Source: a virus. Taken from it: DNA of 64,000 bases. How positions within the stretch are numbered: the first letter of the stretch is position 1; each line of letters starts with the position of its first letter. The position numbers were made by a program, and so were the translations under genes. Positions 37,234-45,961 of this stretch are shown piece after piece. The notes under the pieces were generated by a model. The model had not been told where the DNA came from and ran no database searches. It saw nothing but the letters and a program-made list of their open reading frames with translations. Where the stretch lies: positions 12,205 to 76,204 of the IMG/VR virus record IMGVR_UViG_3300010162_000535. The stretch is one strand, 5' to 3'.

Positions 37234-38232
37234 TTAAGTTACATCTTTTACTCTTTGCGTATTATTTACCAGAAGTCTCGAGGTCGTACAGCCGGCCGCT
37301 CCAACGTGACCTCCACCGTTCTTACCGATTTTAGAGCCATCAGCTGCCTTCTCGCTCCCCCAGAACTTACAAAATTCAGCACAATCATAGTGTCCGTTTG
37401 AATATAAGCTGTAATTGTAGTCCTCTCCGTCCCAGAAATATAAGACGCATACAACAGCTTCTTTATAGTATCTCCCAAAAATATCGGAATTAAATCCGAA
37501 AGTATTGATAGCATAGCACCAAGTCCCATCAGGTAGCTGCGCTCTCATTAGTCCACGCTTTCTGCGACCCCAGTGCTTAGCTTTCTCTTTACGCCATAAC
37601 TCCTTACCGCGAGCTAGGTATCCTTCGAGCAATTCATCATTACCTAGTATTGCCGCCATAAAATTAGCGTCATCTATTGGGTAGCTCATTTCATACGCTG
37701 TACAATTTAAGTGCCGTGAATCCTCATCACTATGAACCCAACGATCATAGTCATCAGTAAGCATGATACCCCGAGGAGCTGGGCCGCCCATTAGCTCATC
37801 CCAGGTAATTAGGGCACCGCAACGGCCGCCAGAAATAACTACATAGTCATCCTGAAGCCAGGGCAGATTGAGCTTGATTACATCCTCAGAAACAATGTGG
37901 TGATCGAACCAAATCAAACCACCTGGCTCAATTGCGTCATGAACATATTGAAGAATGTCTACGGTCTCTTCTGTAAAAGAATGATCAAGAATAAATCCAA
38001 GATCAAATTTCCCAGGAGGCAGCTTGGTTTCAGCTGGCGTTTTGGGGTAGTTCATTAAAACTACAGTAATATTCAGCGTGAGCTGACTAAAATGTTCTGT
38101 TAAAGCTTTATGGCACGCAAAGAGACTAGCTTCTCCATCTAGGTCGGTATGTGTGCAAATTAAGACATTAATAGATTGTCGTCCTTGGAATTTCTTGACA
38201 AATTTAGATAAGATATTTGTTTTTGGTTTCAT
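37234..38232 (-). CDS. DHH-family phosphoesterase (with DHHA1 domain)
   Basis: THTDLDG, FILDHS, WFDHH, TDDYDRW, GGGHVGAAG. Confidence 0.9.
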   Translation of the reverse strand: MKPKTNILSKFVKKFQGRQSINVLICTHTDLDGEASLFACHKALTEHFSQLTLNITVVLMNYPKTPAETKLPPGKFDLGFILDHSFTEETVDILQYVHDAIEPGGLIWFDHHIVSEDVIKLNLPWLQDDYVVISGGRCGALITWDELMGGPAPRGIMLTDDYDRWVHSDEDSRHLNCTAYEMSYPIDDANFMAAILGNDELLEGYLARGKELWRKEKAKHWGRRKRGLMRAQLPDGTWCYAINTFGFNSDIFGRYYKEAVVCVLYFWDGEDYNYSLYSNGHYDCAEFCKFWGSEKAADGSKIGKNGGGHVGAAGCTTSRLLVNNTQRVKDVT

Positions 38233-38253
38233 CTAGTTAAATTTAATAAGATT

Positions 38254-38292
38254 ACATGTATATATACCACAATAGAAAAGCACTTTCTATTG
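38254..38292 (-). promoter_or_regulatory. Promoter-like motif GGTATATATACATGT (38254-38268) next to inverted repeat CAATAGAAA-5-TTTCTATTG (38270-38292)
   Basis: Seen directly. Confidence 0.6.
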
Positions 38293-38298
38293 AAAACT

Positions 38299-38354
38299 AA
38301 AAAAAGAGAGTCAGTACCAGTAAAGTTTACTTTGCTAGCTATATACTGCTCTCT
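38299..38354 (-). terminator. Long hairpin terminator
   Basis: AGAGAG-CAGTA...TACTG-A-CTCTCT then T-run. Confidence 0.65.
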
Positions 38355-38365
38355 CCCAGCAACCC

Positions 38366-38479
38366 TTAACCGGTACACGAAGGTATCGCTGTGATTACGC
38401 AAATAATCATCATTGCCATAGCTGTGATAATTATTGTGGTTCCGATTAAACCGATCCATTTTGTAATAGTGTCTTCCAT
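38366..38479 (-). CDS. 37-aa single-TM peptide, not in the ORF track
   Basis: GAAAGGAG-6nt-ATG; MEDTITKWIGLIGTTIIITAMAMMIICVITAIPSCTG*; followed by a terminator. Confidence 0.75.
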   Translation of the reverse strand: MEDTITKWIGLIGTTIIITAMAMMIICVITAIPSCTG

Positions 38480-38491
38480 GACAAGCTCCTT

Positions 38492-38674
38492 TCATTTGGT
38501 TATGGATGCGCTTATTCGCGCAATCCCGTGATTGGCGTGAATCTGCGGAGAAGAATACTCCACGGATATTGTTTGCTTAATACCAGAAGAACAGCATCCG
38601 GTAAATAAGGCGATACACCACAAAAGTGCAACAACTGCACATAATGTGATAAACATACTGCTTGAAGGTCTCAT
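38492..38674 (-). CDS. Small putative lipoprotein
   Basis: MRPSSSMFITLCAVVALLWCIALFTG-C is lipobox-like; the ATG at 38674 is preferred over the TTG at 38680. Confidence 0.65.
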   Translation of the reverse strand: MRPSSSMFITLCAVVALLWCIALFTGCCSSGIKQTISVEYSSPQIHANHGIARISASITK

Positions 38675-38701
38675 TTTCAATCCTTGTTAAAGTGATTATC
38701 T

Positions 38702-38716
38702 TCAAGATTAACTACC
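38702..38716 (-). promoter_or_regulatory. Promoter-like motif GGTAGTTAATCTTGA
   Basis: Consensus match; CTTTAAC downstream. Confidence 0.6.
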
Positions 38717-38740
38717 AAGATAGTGGCTAATTTTAAAGGT

Positions 38741-38763
38741 AAAAAAAGGGCGCTAATGCGCCC
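38741..38763 (-). terminator. Rho-independent terminator
   Basis: GGGCGC-4nt-GCGCCC then T7. Confidence 0.85.
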
Positions 38764-38780
38764 GCGCCAAAGGCGCTGAA

Positions 38781-39647
38781 TCATCTTTTGTATCGACGCA
38801 TTAGCGTTTCAACTTCTTCACGAAATGTTACCCCGCCTAGCGCTACTTCTTTATTTTCCCATTTTTCATATTCTTTTCTAAATGGGCCAAAAGTTAGCTG
38901 AGCTACCTTGCTGTCCGACACTAATAATTGCTCATTCATCCTGTTTAAGAATTTTAAAGCAGCTTTAGGGTCGTCCTTTAGGGCAATTAAGCGATCATCA
39001 ATGAAAGCTTCGACGTGAGAACGTCTAAGCCTAGCAACATCGCGGCGAATTTTAGCCGCTATAAGGCTCGATGAGCTTTCAACTTCAATGTTCACGGGTA
39101 CGGTGCAAGCTTTGTCTAGATTACACTCGTGGCACACGAGCTGCTCATTATACGGAGAATCTTCTCCCTTATTTGCATGAGGGTTGTTATGATCTAAAGA
39201 AAACCTTCGATCTTCTTCAGCATAAACTCCAATTCCATATTTAACGTGCAACACTTCGCCGCCAGGATCTAATGACACTTGTTTTTCTAACCAGTAAGAT
39301 TTAACCTTTCTTTTACAAAGGGGGCACCTCTTAATACCTTTGAGCACAAGTTGACGATACATTGCTTTATAGTAGTTTAATAAGCAATTAATCCGTTTAT
39401 CGTCGATAACAAAAGAAAACTGAGTTCGTGATACTTTGTCACTGTAACTAGGCAATAATTCAGCTTGCAATTCAGGCGGGTATTGCTTTTTTATCGCCTG
39501 GAATTCTTCTTCGCCATAGCAGTAAATGACATTAATATGCTTACGAACTTTGCTAGTAAACTTCATTAGTTCTATTGTGGTTAGCTCGCGGAGCTTAACA
39601 ACTTCTCTAATTACGTTCTTTCTAGCTTTCTTCCCTTTCCTTCCCAT
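38781..39647 (-). CDS. HNH endonuclease-domain protein
   Basis: CPLCKR...FSLDHNNPHANKGEDSPYNEQLVCHECNLDK; GAAAGGAGG SD. Confidence 0.85.
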   Translation of the reverse strand: MGRKGKKARKNVIREVVKLRELTTIELMKFTSKVRKHINVIYCYGEEEFQAIKKQYPPELQAELLPSYSDKVSRTQFSFVIDDKRINCLLNYYKAMYRQLVLKGIKRCPLCKRKVKSYWLEKQVSLDPGGEVLHVKYGIGVYAEEDRRFSLDHNNPHANKGEDSPYNEQLVCHECNLDKACTVPVNIEVESSSSLIAAKIRRDVARLRRSHVEAFIDDRLIALKDDPKAALKFLNRMNEQLLVSDSKVAQLTFGPFRKEYEKWENKEVALGGVTFREEVETLMRRYKR

Positions 39648-39668
39648 AATAACCTCCTTTCTATCTGG

Positions 39669-39703
39669 TGTAATAACATCGCGTTATTACAATTTTATGT
39701 ACC
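39669..39703 (-). promoter_or_regulatory. Promoter-like motif GGTACATAAAATTGT (39689-39703) overlapping inverted repeat TGTAATAAC-5-GTTATTACA (39669-39691)
   Basis: Seen directly. Confidence 0.65.
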
Positions 39704-39705
39704 AT

Positions 39706-39735
39706 AAAAAAAGGAGGATATGATAATATATCCTC
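39706..39735 (-). terminator. Rho-independent terminator
   Basis: GAGGATAT-loop-ATATCCTC then C and T7. Confidence 0.8.
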
Positions 39736-39743
39736 ACGGGTAA

Positions 39744-40604
39744 TTAAGACATAAGAACCTTTAATTGACGCTCAACCTCAGTTAAACGCCTATCAAAATC
39801 TTCTGATGATGACTGAAGAACTGTTTCAACCATGGCTTTCTGTTGTAACGTTTTCTCCCATTTATTAAAGAAATTGGCGCCAACTGCACCCATTTCTTTA
39901 AACGCAGCTTTTAATGCTGCTCGACGACCGCCATCATGGATTAACATTGCCTCTAACTGCTCTTCAGCTAAGGAAACACGCCGCTTAACTACAGCAATCA
40001 AGGATAAGATCTCATCCCTGGATTCTTGAAGTTTAAGTTCTTTTTTGAGTAAGAGAGCCGCTTCTCGTTCCTTTTCCTGGCGTATTTGTTCAGCCCTTAT
40101 GGCCTGAAGTAAGTCATCACTCGATTTAACCGAAGCATCAATGACAAGCGCTCCCTTTGCCTGATTGCATGTTGCGCACATCGGCTGGTAATTGCTCATT
40201 TCATTTAGGCCGCCTGCTGCCTTAGGACGTATATGATCCTTTGTCAACAAAACTTCGTCTGTGCCTACAACAGCATAGACATTAACGGACAACTTATCCA
40301 TATCCGCCACGCTAAGAGGTCGCTCAATTGCCCAAAGCGATCCTTCGACCCCACAAGCTACACAACGAGCACCGTCTCGCAGAAATACACGATGTCTGTC
40401 GGATAAGCACACAATAGAATGCCCTTCGATCTTACAGGTGTATCGTCCTGGATCCACGTCTTTGTAGTGTATCAGCGATAAGCCCTGCTTCTCAATAATC
40501 CCCTTTGAGCGACGGGTTATCTGAATATTGTCTAGGTAGCACTGCCGTAACCAACGCTTCTGCTCGTCAGTTAGAATGTGCAGCCTTTTCACTCCTTCTA
40601 TCAT
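39744..40604 (-). CDS. HNH endonuclease with C-terminal coiled coil
   Basis: VFLRDGARCVACG...LTKDHIRPKAAGGLNEMSNYQPMCATCNQAKG; GAAAGGAG SD. Confidence 0.9.
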   Translation of the reverse strand: MIEGVKRLHILTDEQKRWLRQCYLDNIQITRRSKGIIEKQGLSLIHYKDVDPGRYTCKIEGHSIVCLSDRHRVFLRDGARCVACGVEGSLWAIERPLSVADMDKLSVNVYAVVGTDEVLLTKDHIRPKAAGGLNEMSNYQPMCATCNQAKGALVIDASVKSSDDLLQAIRAEQIRQEKEREAALLLKKELKLQESRDEILSLIAVVKRRVSLAEEQLEAMLIHDGGRRAALKAAFKEMGAVGANFFNKWEKTLQQKAMVETVLQSSSEDFDRRLTEVERQLKVLMS

Positions 40605-40659
40605 AACACTCCTTTCAAGCTACGACTCCTTCGTAGTAGGATAGTAACCTCATGTCACT

Positions 40660-40674
40660 ACACGGTTATATGCC
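40660..40674 (-). promoter_or_regulatory. Promoter-like motif GGCATATAACCGTGT
   Basis: Consensus match; followed by hairpins TAGTGAC/GTTACTA and CTACGA/TCGTAG. Confidence 0.55.
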
Positions 40675-40691
40675 AGTTAACCTATAACTAT

Positions 40692-43600
40692 TTAACCGTC
40701 ATGCGCGAACCAATTGGCATCTTCTTCATTTATAAAAGGACTTATTGGCGGCCTGTGCGGCGCGTCATTTGGAAGATTAGGCAATACTGATTTAATAATC
40801 GGATTTGGCTGCCCTGGCTTTTGCTTAGTAAAATCAGTACGCCCAACAACAGCTGGATAAAATGAAGGCCCAAACGGATCAGCTGTCAGTCCCTTCTGTG
40901 TAGCCTCTAAAATAGACTGCTTTTGATATGATCCGCCCATTCGAGTTAACCAATCATTACTATATCTAGTATTGGCCATAGCTCGTACCATATTAGATTG
41001 AAATTTAGCTGGATTAGGATTTGCTGTAATTTTATCTATTCCATATTTCTTTAGGTTAGCTAACACGCTGGGCCGTAGCTTAGTTCCAATCGTATAATGC
41101 AATACAGGTTCTTCTAAATATTGATTTGCAAAGTATTCAGGGCGACCAATTTGGGAATCTTCACGAGGCTCATAGTCAGCTTCATACTGGGAATATGATA
41201 CTGTCTCATCTGGCAAATAATTACCGTGTTCTTCACTAATTCTTACATGGTCTATCAATCCTTTAGCTAGCAACTCAATATTCCGTTTATTAGCTCGTGT
41301 GCCAGCTGCTCCTAAGGTATCACTAAATGCCTGTACAAAATACCTTCGCCCTTCTCCAATGCCTTTATGGTGCACGACTTCAGCCGGATTTGGCAGCCCG
41401 TCAGAAAGAGTGTCGCCGGCTTCAATAACATCACCAACTTTTACCGTTGGCTTATTTGTATGCGGGATAATATGTTGCTGATTATTTATCGTAACTATTT
41501 GATTACCTAGCTCATCTGGCTCTATTTTTGTGACTTTCCCATCCTCTTGTGAATGAATAGCTCCCTCATAGACCGACGGAACTTGTAGCATCTGATTTAA
41601 ACTTTTAAACCCTGATACCGCCTTAGCTGTCCCGCCCGCCACGCCGCCAGAATTATGTGTTATTAGGCCGTTGGCCAGTAGGTAGAGATGAGTTCGATTT
41701 GCAATCTCTAAATCATATACTTGTTGTACGCCTATGCCTTTTGAACTAATTAACGTATATTTTTTATCTTTTTCCTGTGTTTTTAAACTGATGTTATCTA
41801 AATTATTTTTTAATTTAGATCGTTTTACACCGTATAAAGGTATTTCCGTATAAAACAATTTAATATCTTTTCGTCTTAAAATATTAAAAGAATAAAGTGT
41901 TCGTTTTCGTCCCGAAGTTGTTTTATAAACTCTGGTGCTATGAATCCCAAAACGCACCTCTAATAAATTACGTAATTCACGTACCATTTGCTCAGAAGTA
42001 GAGCCAAAGCTCAGCGCTAGCGTGTTTTTCTTAGTCACGTATATACTGCCATCCGTTATCCACAACCCTCCAATTAATGCAGCTATGGACGTTTTATCCC
42101 AGGCTTTAACTACCTCAGGAATAAATTTTTGGTGAGATTTAGCCCCGTATAAATTCAACTCTTTTAACCATTGCTTCAATGGATTGCGCTCAGATGAAGT
42201 CACTCGACCTAAGTTATCGCGTGCAGTTATTTTATTTTTTAAGCGAGAAATACGATAGTAGCCGTAATGATCTGTTAATTCAGTTATTTTTAAGTTAAAC
42301 AAATACATGTATGCCTGTAATTGCGGCACTAAAGTATCGTCATGGCATGACAAGAATACGCCATTAACACTTTTAACAAAACAACCATCACCTAATAAAA
42401 GACCTAGTAATAATGCTCTAGACTCCCTGATTCCTTCAAAATCATAAGTACTTCTTACAGATAGCGCATCATAACTATCACAATTTAGGCCTATTCGTAA
42501 TGATTTATTTTTTGTATAATTTTTATTGGTTTTTTTCGAAAATCTTGAAATGGTTGCAAAAAATCGATGCTGATCAGTACACGTAACTGTTATATATTCT
42601 TCTGTTTTTCCTATTTGAAAAGTATATTCACTACACTCTTGCAAACCATTATTAAATATATTACTAACCTGCGCTGGTTTAGCCACTTGATCTTTATCTA
42701 CGCCTAATACATAATCCCCTATTTTAATTTCTTCGATTTTTTTAGTGGAAAAATCTGCCATACGAATCAGTGTACCTTCGGCTAAGCAGTGCTTCGAGCT
42801 CAAGGAGCCCTGTGTAATTTGCTCAGAAATGGCTTGACCGGCAGTGATACTAGGATTTTCCCCTGACACACTTAATCTATTTTTAGCTGTCTGGCCTACA
42901 TCATAAGCGTATAAACTACCATCGCCGGGCCCGCCCACTATTGGCGATCTAACAAGAATATCATTTATTTTCTTGTTTTGTAAATCTTTAAGAACTGCAT
43001 CCGTGATTAATGTATTTCTTTTGTAACCCCCAATGGGGCTGGCTAAATATCTACCAACGTTACCATTATCATCTGCCGTGGCTGGCAGGCCAGTATTAGG
43101 TTTAAATCCTCCGGCCGTTGCATCTTGTGCAGAAATAACCCCTTTATGAGCTACCTGGGAAAGCTGTTTCGCCAAAAATCCAGCATCGGCGACTTGGAGC
43201 TTCGTATCGACTACTCCTTTTCTAGCCCCAAAACTGCCCGCCCAATATTCAAATAGATTTAATCCTTCACCGTAATTATGCATTACTGGATACGGAATTG
43301 GATTATCGCTCGAGCCTGTATATAATCCATCAAACCCTACTCCGGCAGAAACAGCGAATGGATTTCCTTTAGCGCCACTAGCCCGTAATAAAGCGAGCGG
43401 TGATTCATCCGCCTCTAATGTTTCAATAAGCTCTTTACGTAAAGCTTCTCCGCCCTCCAACATTGTCTGATTAACTAACTCGTCTTTTTGCCGTGAAGTT
43501 AAATTATCGTTCTCATAAATCTTCTTCAGCTTAGCATTAATTCTTTCCCTGTGCTTTTTTGTTACCTCTGGCGTAGTAACTAAATCCGAAGCTAAACTAT

Positions 43601-43793
43601 AGCCTCCTGACCGTTGCGCAAAGGTAGCGCCCAAACGACCTAGCTTACCAACTATCTCGGAATATTTCTCTGGATTTTTAGTTGCAATATCTTTAAGAAG
43701 TTTTTGCATGCCTTTTTTATCCAAGACACGGGTATTGTCACGGTATTCTGGCGGCAAAATTTCATTGATTAATAATTGTCCTGCTGTTGCCAT
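40692..43793 (-). CDS. rpoC: RNA polymerase beta' C-terminal half, intein-containing
   Basis: ATAGQLLINEILP (cf. TTVGRAILWMIVP), ASGAKGN (SGARGS), EGLNLFEYWAGSFGARKGVVDTKLQVADAGFLAKQL (bridge helix), SSKH|SGG (trigger loop), SGFKSLNQML (GLPRVADLF), RANKRNIELL. Confidence 0.95.
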   Translation of the reverse strand: MATAGQLLINEILPPEYRDNTRVLDKKGMQKLLKDIATKNPEKYSEIVGKLGRLGATFAQRSGGYSLASDLVTTPEVTKKHRERINAKLKKIYENDNLTSRQKDELVNQTMLEGGEALRKELIETLEADESPLALLRASGAKGNPFAVSAGVGFDGLYTGSSDNPIPYPVMHNYGEGLNLFEYWAGSFGARKGVVDTKLQVADAGFLAKQLSQVAHKGVISAQDATAGGFKPNTGLPATADDNGNVGRYLASPIGGYKRNTLITDAVLKDLQNKKINDILVRSPIVGGPGDGSLYAYDVGQTAKNRLSVSGENPSITAGQAISEQITQGSLSSKHCLAEGTLIRMADFSTKKIEEIKIGDYVLGVDKDQVAKPAQVSNIFNNGLQECSEYTFQIGKTEEYITVTCTDQHRFFATISRFSKKTNKNYTKNKSLRIGLNCDSYDALSVRSTYDFEGIRESRALLLGLLLGDGCFVKSVNGVFLSCHDDTLVPQLQAYMYLFNLKITELTDHYGYYRISRLKNKITARDNLGRVTSSERNPLKQWLKELNLYGAKSHQKFIPEVVKAWDKTSIAALIGGLWITDGSIYVTKKNTLALSFGSTSEQMVRELRNLLEVRFGIHSTRVYKTTSGRKRTLYSFNILRRKDIKLFYTEIPLYGVKRSKLKNNLDNISLKTQEKDKKYTLISSKGIGVQQVYDLEIANRTHLYLLANGLITHNSGGVAGGTAKAVSGFKSLNQMLQVPSVYEGAIHSQEDGKVTKIEPDELGNQIVTINNQQHIIPHTNKPTVKVGDVIEAGDTLSDGLPNPAEVVHHKGIGEGRRYFVQAFSDTLGAAGTRANKRNIELLAKGLIDHVRISEEHGNYLPDETVSYSQYEADYEPREDSQIGRPEYFANQYLEEPVLHYTIGTKLRPSVLANLKKYGIDKITANPNPAKFQSNMVRAMANTRYSNDWLTRMGGSYQKQSILEATQKGLTADPFGPSFYPAVVGRTDFTKQKPGQPNPIIKSVLPNLPNDAPHRPPISPFINEEDANWFAHDG
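41652..42788 (-). mobile_element. Intein (379 aa) with LAGLIDADG homing endonuclease
   Basis: Starts CLAEGTLI and ends LITHN|S; LLGLLLGDGCF and IGGLWITDGSI motifs. Confidence 0.95.
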
Positions 43794-43796
43794 AAT

Positions 43797-45017
43797 TTAA
43801 TTACGGTAAAGGTATATTAATTGTTCAAGTAAATCTTCGTCTTTTGTCTGATTTGTTAAATAATTTAACGACTCTGCAGACGGTTTCAAGTTTTCATAAG
43901 TTAAGGTAGTAGCTCCGGCAGTCGGTGCTGCCATAGTACTGTAATCATTAACTGGGCAAGTAACACATAAATTCCATGTCTTTTCGCACATAGTCTGGCC
44001 GCCAACTGACCAACGACCTCTTACTTCAAAACATTCTTTTAACGTATCATAACAACGATAACCATCTGGCGCAAATACCGGAACAAACTGCCCGCCGCCC
44101 GTCAAACGCACGGATGAGGGAGAAACCTCCCAGCTGCCACAGTCCGTGTACGGCACGATGTTTAAATAAATAAGCCCTAAGTCATAACCTCCATATGCAT
44201 TGGCCGCACACGGATTATACATGCTGGAAAAATCATAATCATCGTATTCATCGCTGGGCGGAATAGGCCCTCCTTGAATTGGCGGGCAACTTGACCACCG
44301 CAAATCCGCCTGACACATATCACAAATATCTACGGCTACATTGTGATGTCTTCTTGAGTTTTCTATAATGCTTGTGTCATTACTATAAATGAAAGTTTGA
44401 TTTCTAAAGTTATTTGAAATTTCACTAGCTAAATAGTGCCTTAATGGCATCTCAAACGTAAATCCGCCTTCACGTATTTGTGTAACTTTATTATTAGGTA
44501 CGTCGATGATATACCTAATAATTTTTTGAGCTAACACGCTGCCATCTCGCCTATGTGCGGTTAAGGTAAAATCTTGTATTTTTGCCGGCCCTTGAATAGG
44601 TATTTTTACGCTAGGCGGAGAAATACCATAATAACCGCCATTCATCTCACAATTACAAGCGCCTGCTGTATCGGCCACCCTATCCTCCGGCACGGGATAA
44701 GCAGTAAGCTCGCAGTCCCCTTGCGGACATTCTAAGAGAAGGGTAATTGGTGGAATTAAATCATCAACAGGAATACAAGGTATTTCTGCATCAGGTACCA
44801 GCGGCATATTAGCTGGTGGAAATTGAAATGTATCCGTAGGTGCAGGAAATTCACAGCAAGGCACAGGTACCAGCTGCTGCACATAAGGCATTATATTGCC
44901 TGACCCATAGCATTCTCGGTCTAAACCATGTGGATTACGCACCATCCCTGACGAAAGGTAGCTTAAAGCACCGCTCGACAGGCCAGAACTATAATATGCC
45001 GCTAATCCACTTGACAT
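43797..45017 (-). CDS. Cys/Pro-rich putative virion protein
   Basis: 406 aa with many Cys; co-transcribed block. Function is inference. Confidence 0.55.
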   Translation of the reverse strand: MSSGLAAYYSSGLSSGALSYLSSGMVRNPHGLDRECYGSGNIMPYVQQLVPVPCCEFPAPTDTFQFPPANMPLVPDAEIPCIPVDDLIPPITLLLECPQGDCELTAYPVPEDRVADTAGACNCEMNGGYYGISPPSVKIPIQGPAKIQDFTLTAHRRDGSVLAQKIIRYIIDVPNNKVTQIREGGFTFEMPLRHYLASEISNNFRNQTFIYSNDTSIIENSRRHHNVAVDICDMCQADLRWSSCPPIQGGPIPPSDEYDDYDFSSMYNPCAANAYGGYDLGLIYLNIVPYTDCGSWEVSPSSVRLTGGGQFVPVFAPDGYRCYDTLKECFEVRGRWSVGGQTMCEKTWNLCVTCPVNDYSTMAAPTAGATTLTYENLKPSAESLNYLTNQTKDEDLLEQLIYLYRN

Positions 45018-45019
45018 AA

Positions 45020-45961
45020 TTATTCACAAGGAGGAACCGGAGGAACCGGCGGCTCCTCACATTCGCCGCGTATGTCACCAATACATGTAATTGTTAAAGT
45101 TTGTGGCTCACATTGATCAAGAGGCGTTACCTCCGCAATAAAATTATTATCATGCGTTAATACAATATGATTACCGTACGCCCCAGCTACGGTTTTTGCA
45201 AAAATTTTACCGGCCTCAATGCCGTCAAATCTATTAGAGTCCGGAGGATTAAACGGTTCAAAATTACCGTCAAAGTAGCCTTTACCTATTGGTGTTTTAA
45301 CCTGCCCTAAACCGGCCCCAGCTAGCGGCATTAATACTATTCTATTTTCTAAAGGTAAAAAAGTTATTAAACAATTGTAACCTTCTTTAAAAATAACGTC
45401 CCCTAAAGTTATGGAACCATAAGACCAGAAAGACGGTCGATTTTCAGTCGGATCGGGTAAGCACTTATTACTGGGTAAAAACCTATCTTGATTAAGAATC
45501 TCAATAGAGTTTATTTTGCGTTTATTTAGTATTTTGACACAGCCAATGTATACTGGAATATCCGTAAATTCAGGTGTTTGGCTGCCCTCAATTGGAAGAC
45601 AACCTAATAATGCTGCGTGGCCTATCGTTATAAACCCGTATAAGTCACTACCCGCTACGCTTTTTATTGTTGTAAAGTCAAGAGTATTTTTAGGAATAAT
45701 AAACTCTAGCGGATGAAACTCCTCTCCTTCAGAAATAATGACAGTTACTTTATAGCCGTCACTTACCTGCCTTAACGAAGCCATTACCTCAGCTGGGCTA
45801 ATGTCATCGTTGCTAGTGTAAAGAACAATACCTAAATCTACAATACCTTTTTGCAGTACATTTATTTCAATTTCACTAAAACTCGAGCGGTTTGACTGAA
45901 CCTGCTCTTCGTCAAAAGGATAAAAACGTAATGTATTTTGTGAATAAAAACTAGTTTCCAC
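45020..45961 (-). CDS. Putative tail-associated structural protein (N-terminal FYSQNTLRFYPF family)
   Basis: 313 aa; N-terminal motif shared with neighbours; Cys/Pro tail. Confidence 0.5.
   Translation of the reverse strand: METSFYSQNTLRFYPFDEEQVQSNRSSFSEIEINVLQKGIVDLGIVLYTSNDDISPAEVMASLRQVSDGYKVTVIISEGEEFHPLEFIIPKNTLDFTTIKSVAGSDLYGFITIGHAALLGCLPIEGSQTPEFTDIPVYIGCVKILNKRKINSIEILNQDRFLPSNKCLPDPTENRPSFWSYGSITLGDVIFKEGYNCLITFLPLENRIVLMPLAGAGLGQVKTPIGKGYFDGNFEPFNPPDSNRFDGIEAGKIFAKTVAGAYGNHIVLTHDNNFIAEVTPLDQCEPQTLTITCIGDIRGECEEPPVPPVPPCE

Noticed and set aside
38229-38495. Track ORF of 88 aa
   Set aside because: Its start codon lies inside an SD sequence and it runs through a terminator and a promoter motif; the 37-aa ORF in another frame explains the signals.
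12074-38783. Stop-codon reassignment, as seen in some jumbo phages
   Set aside because: ORFs tile without gaps under code 11. TAG (12074, 12622) and TGA (38781) stops are each followed directly by terminators.
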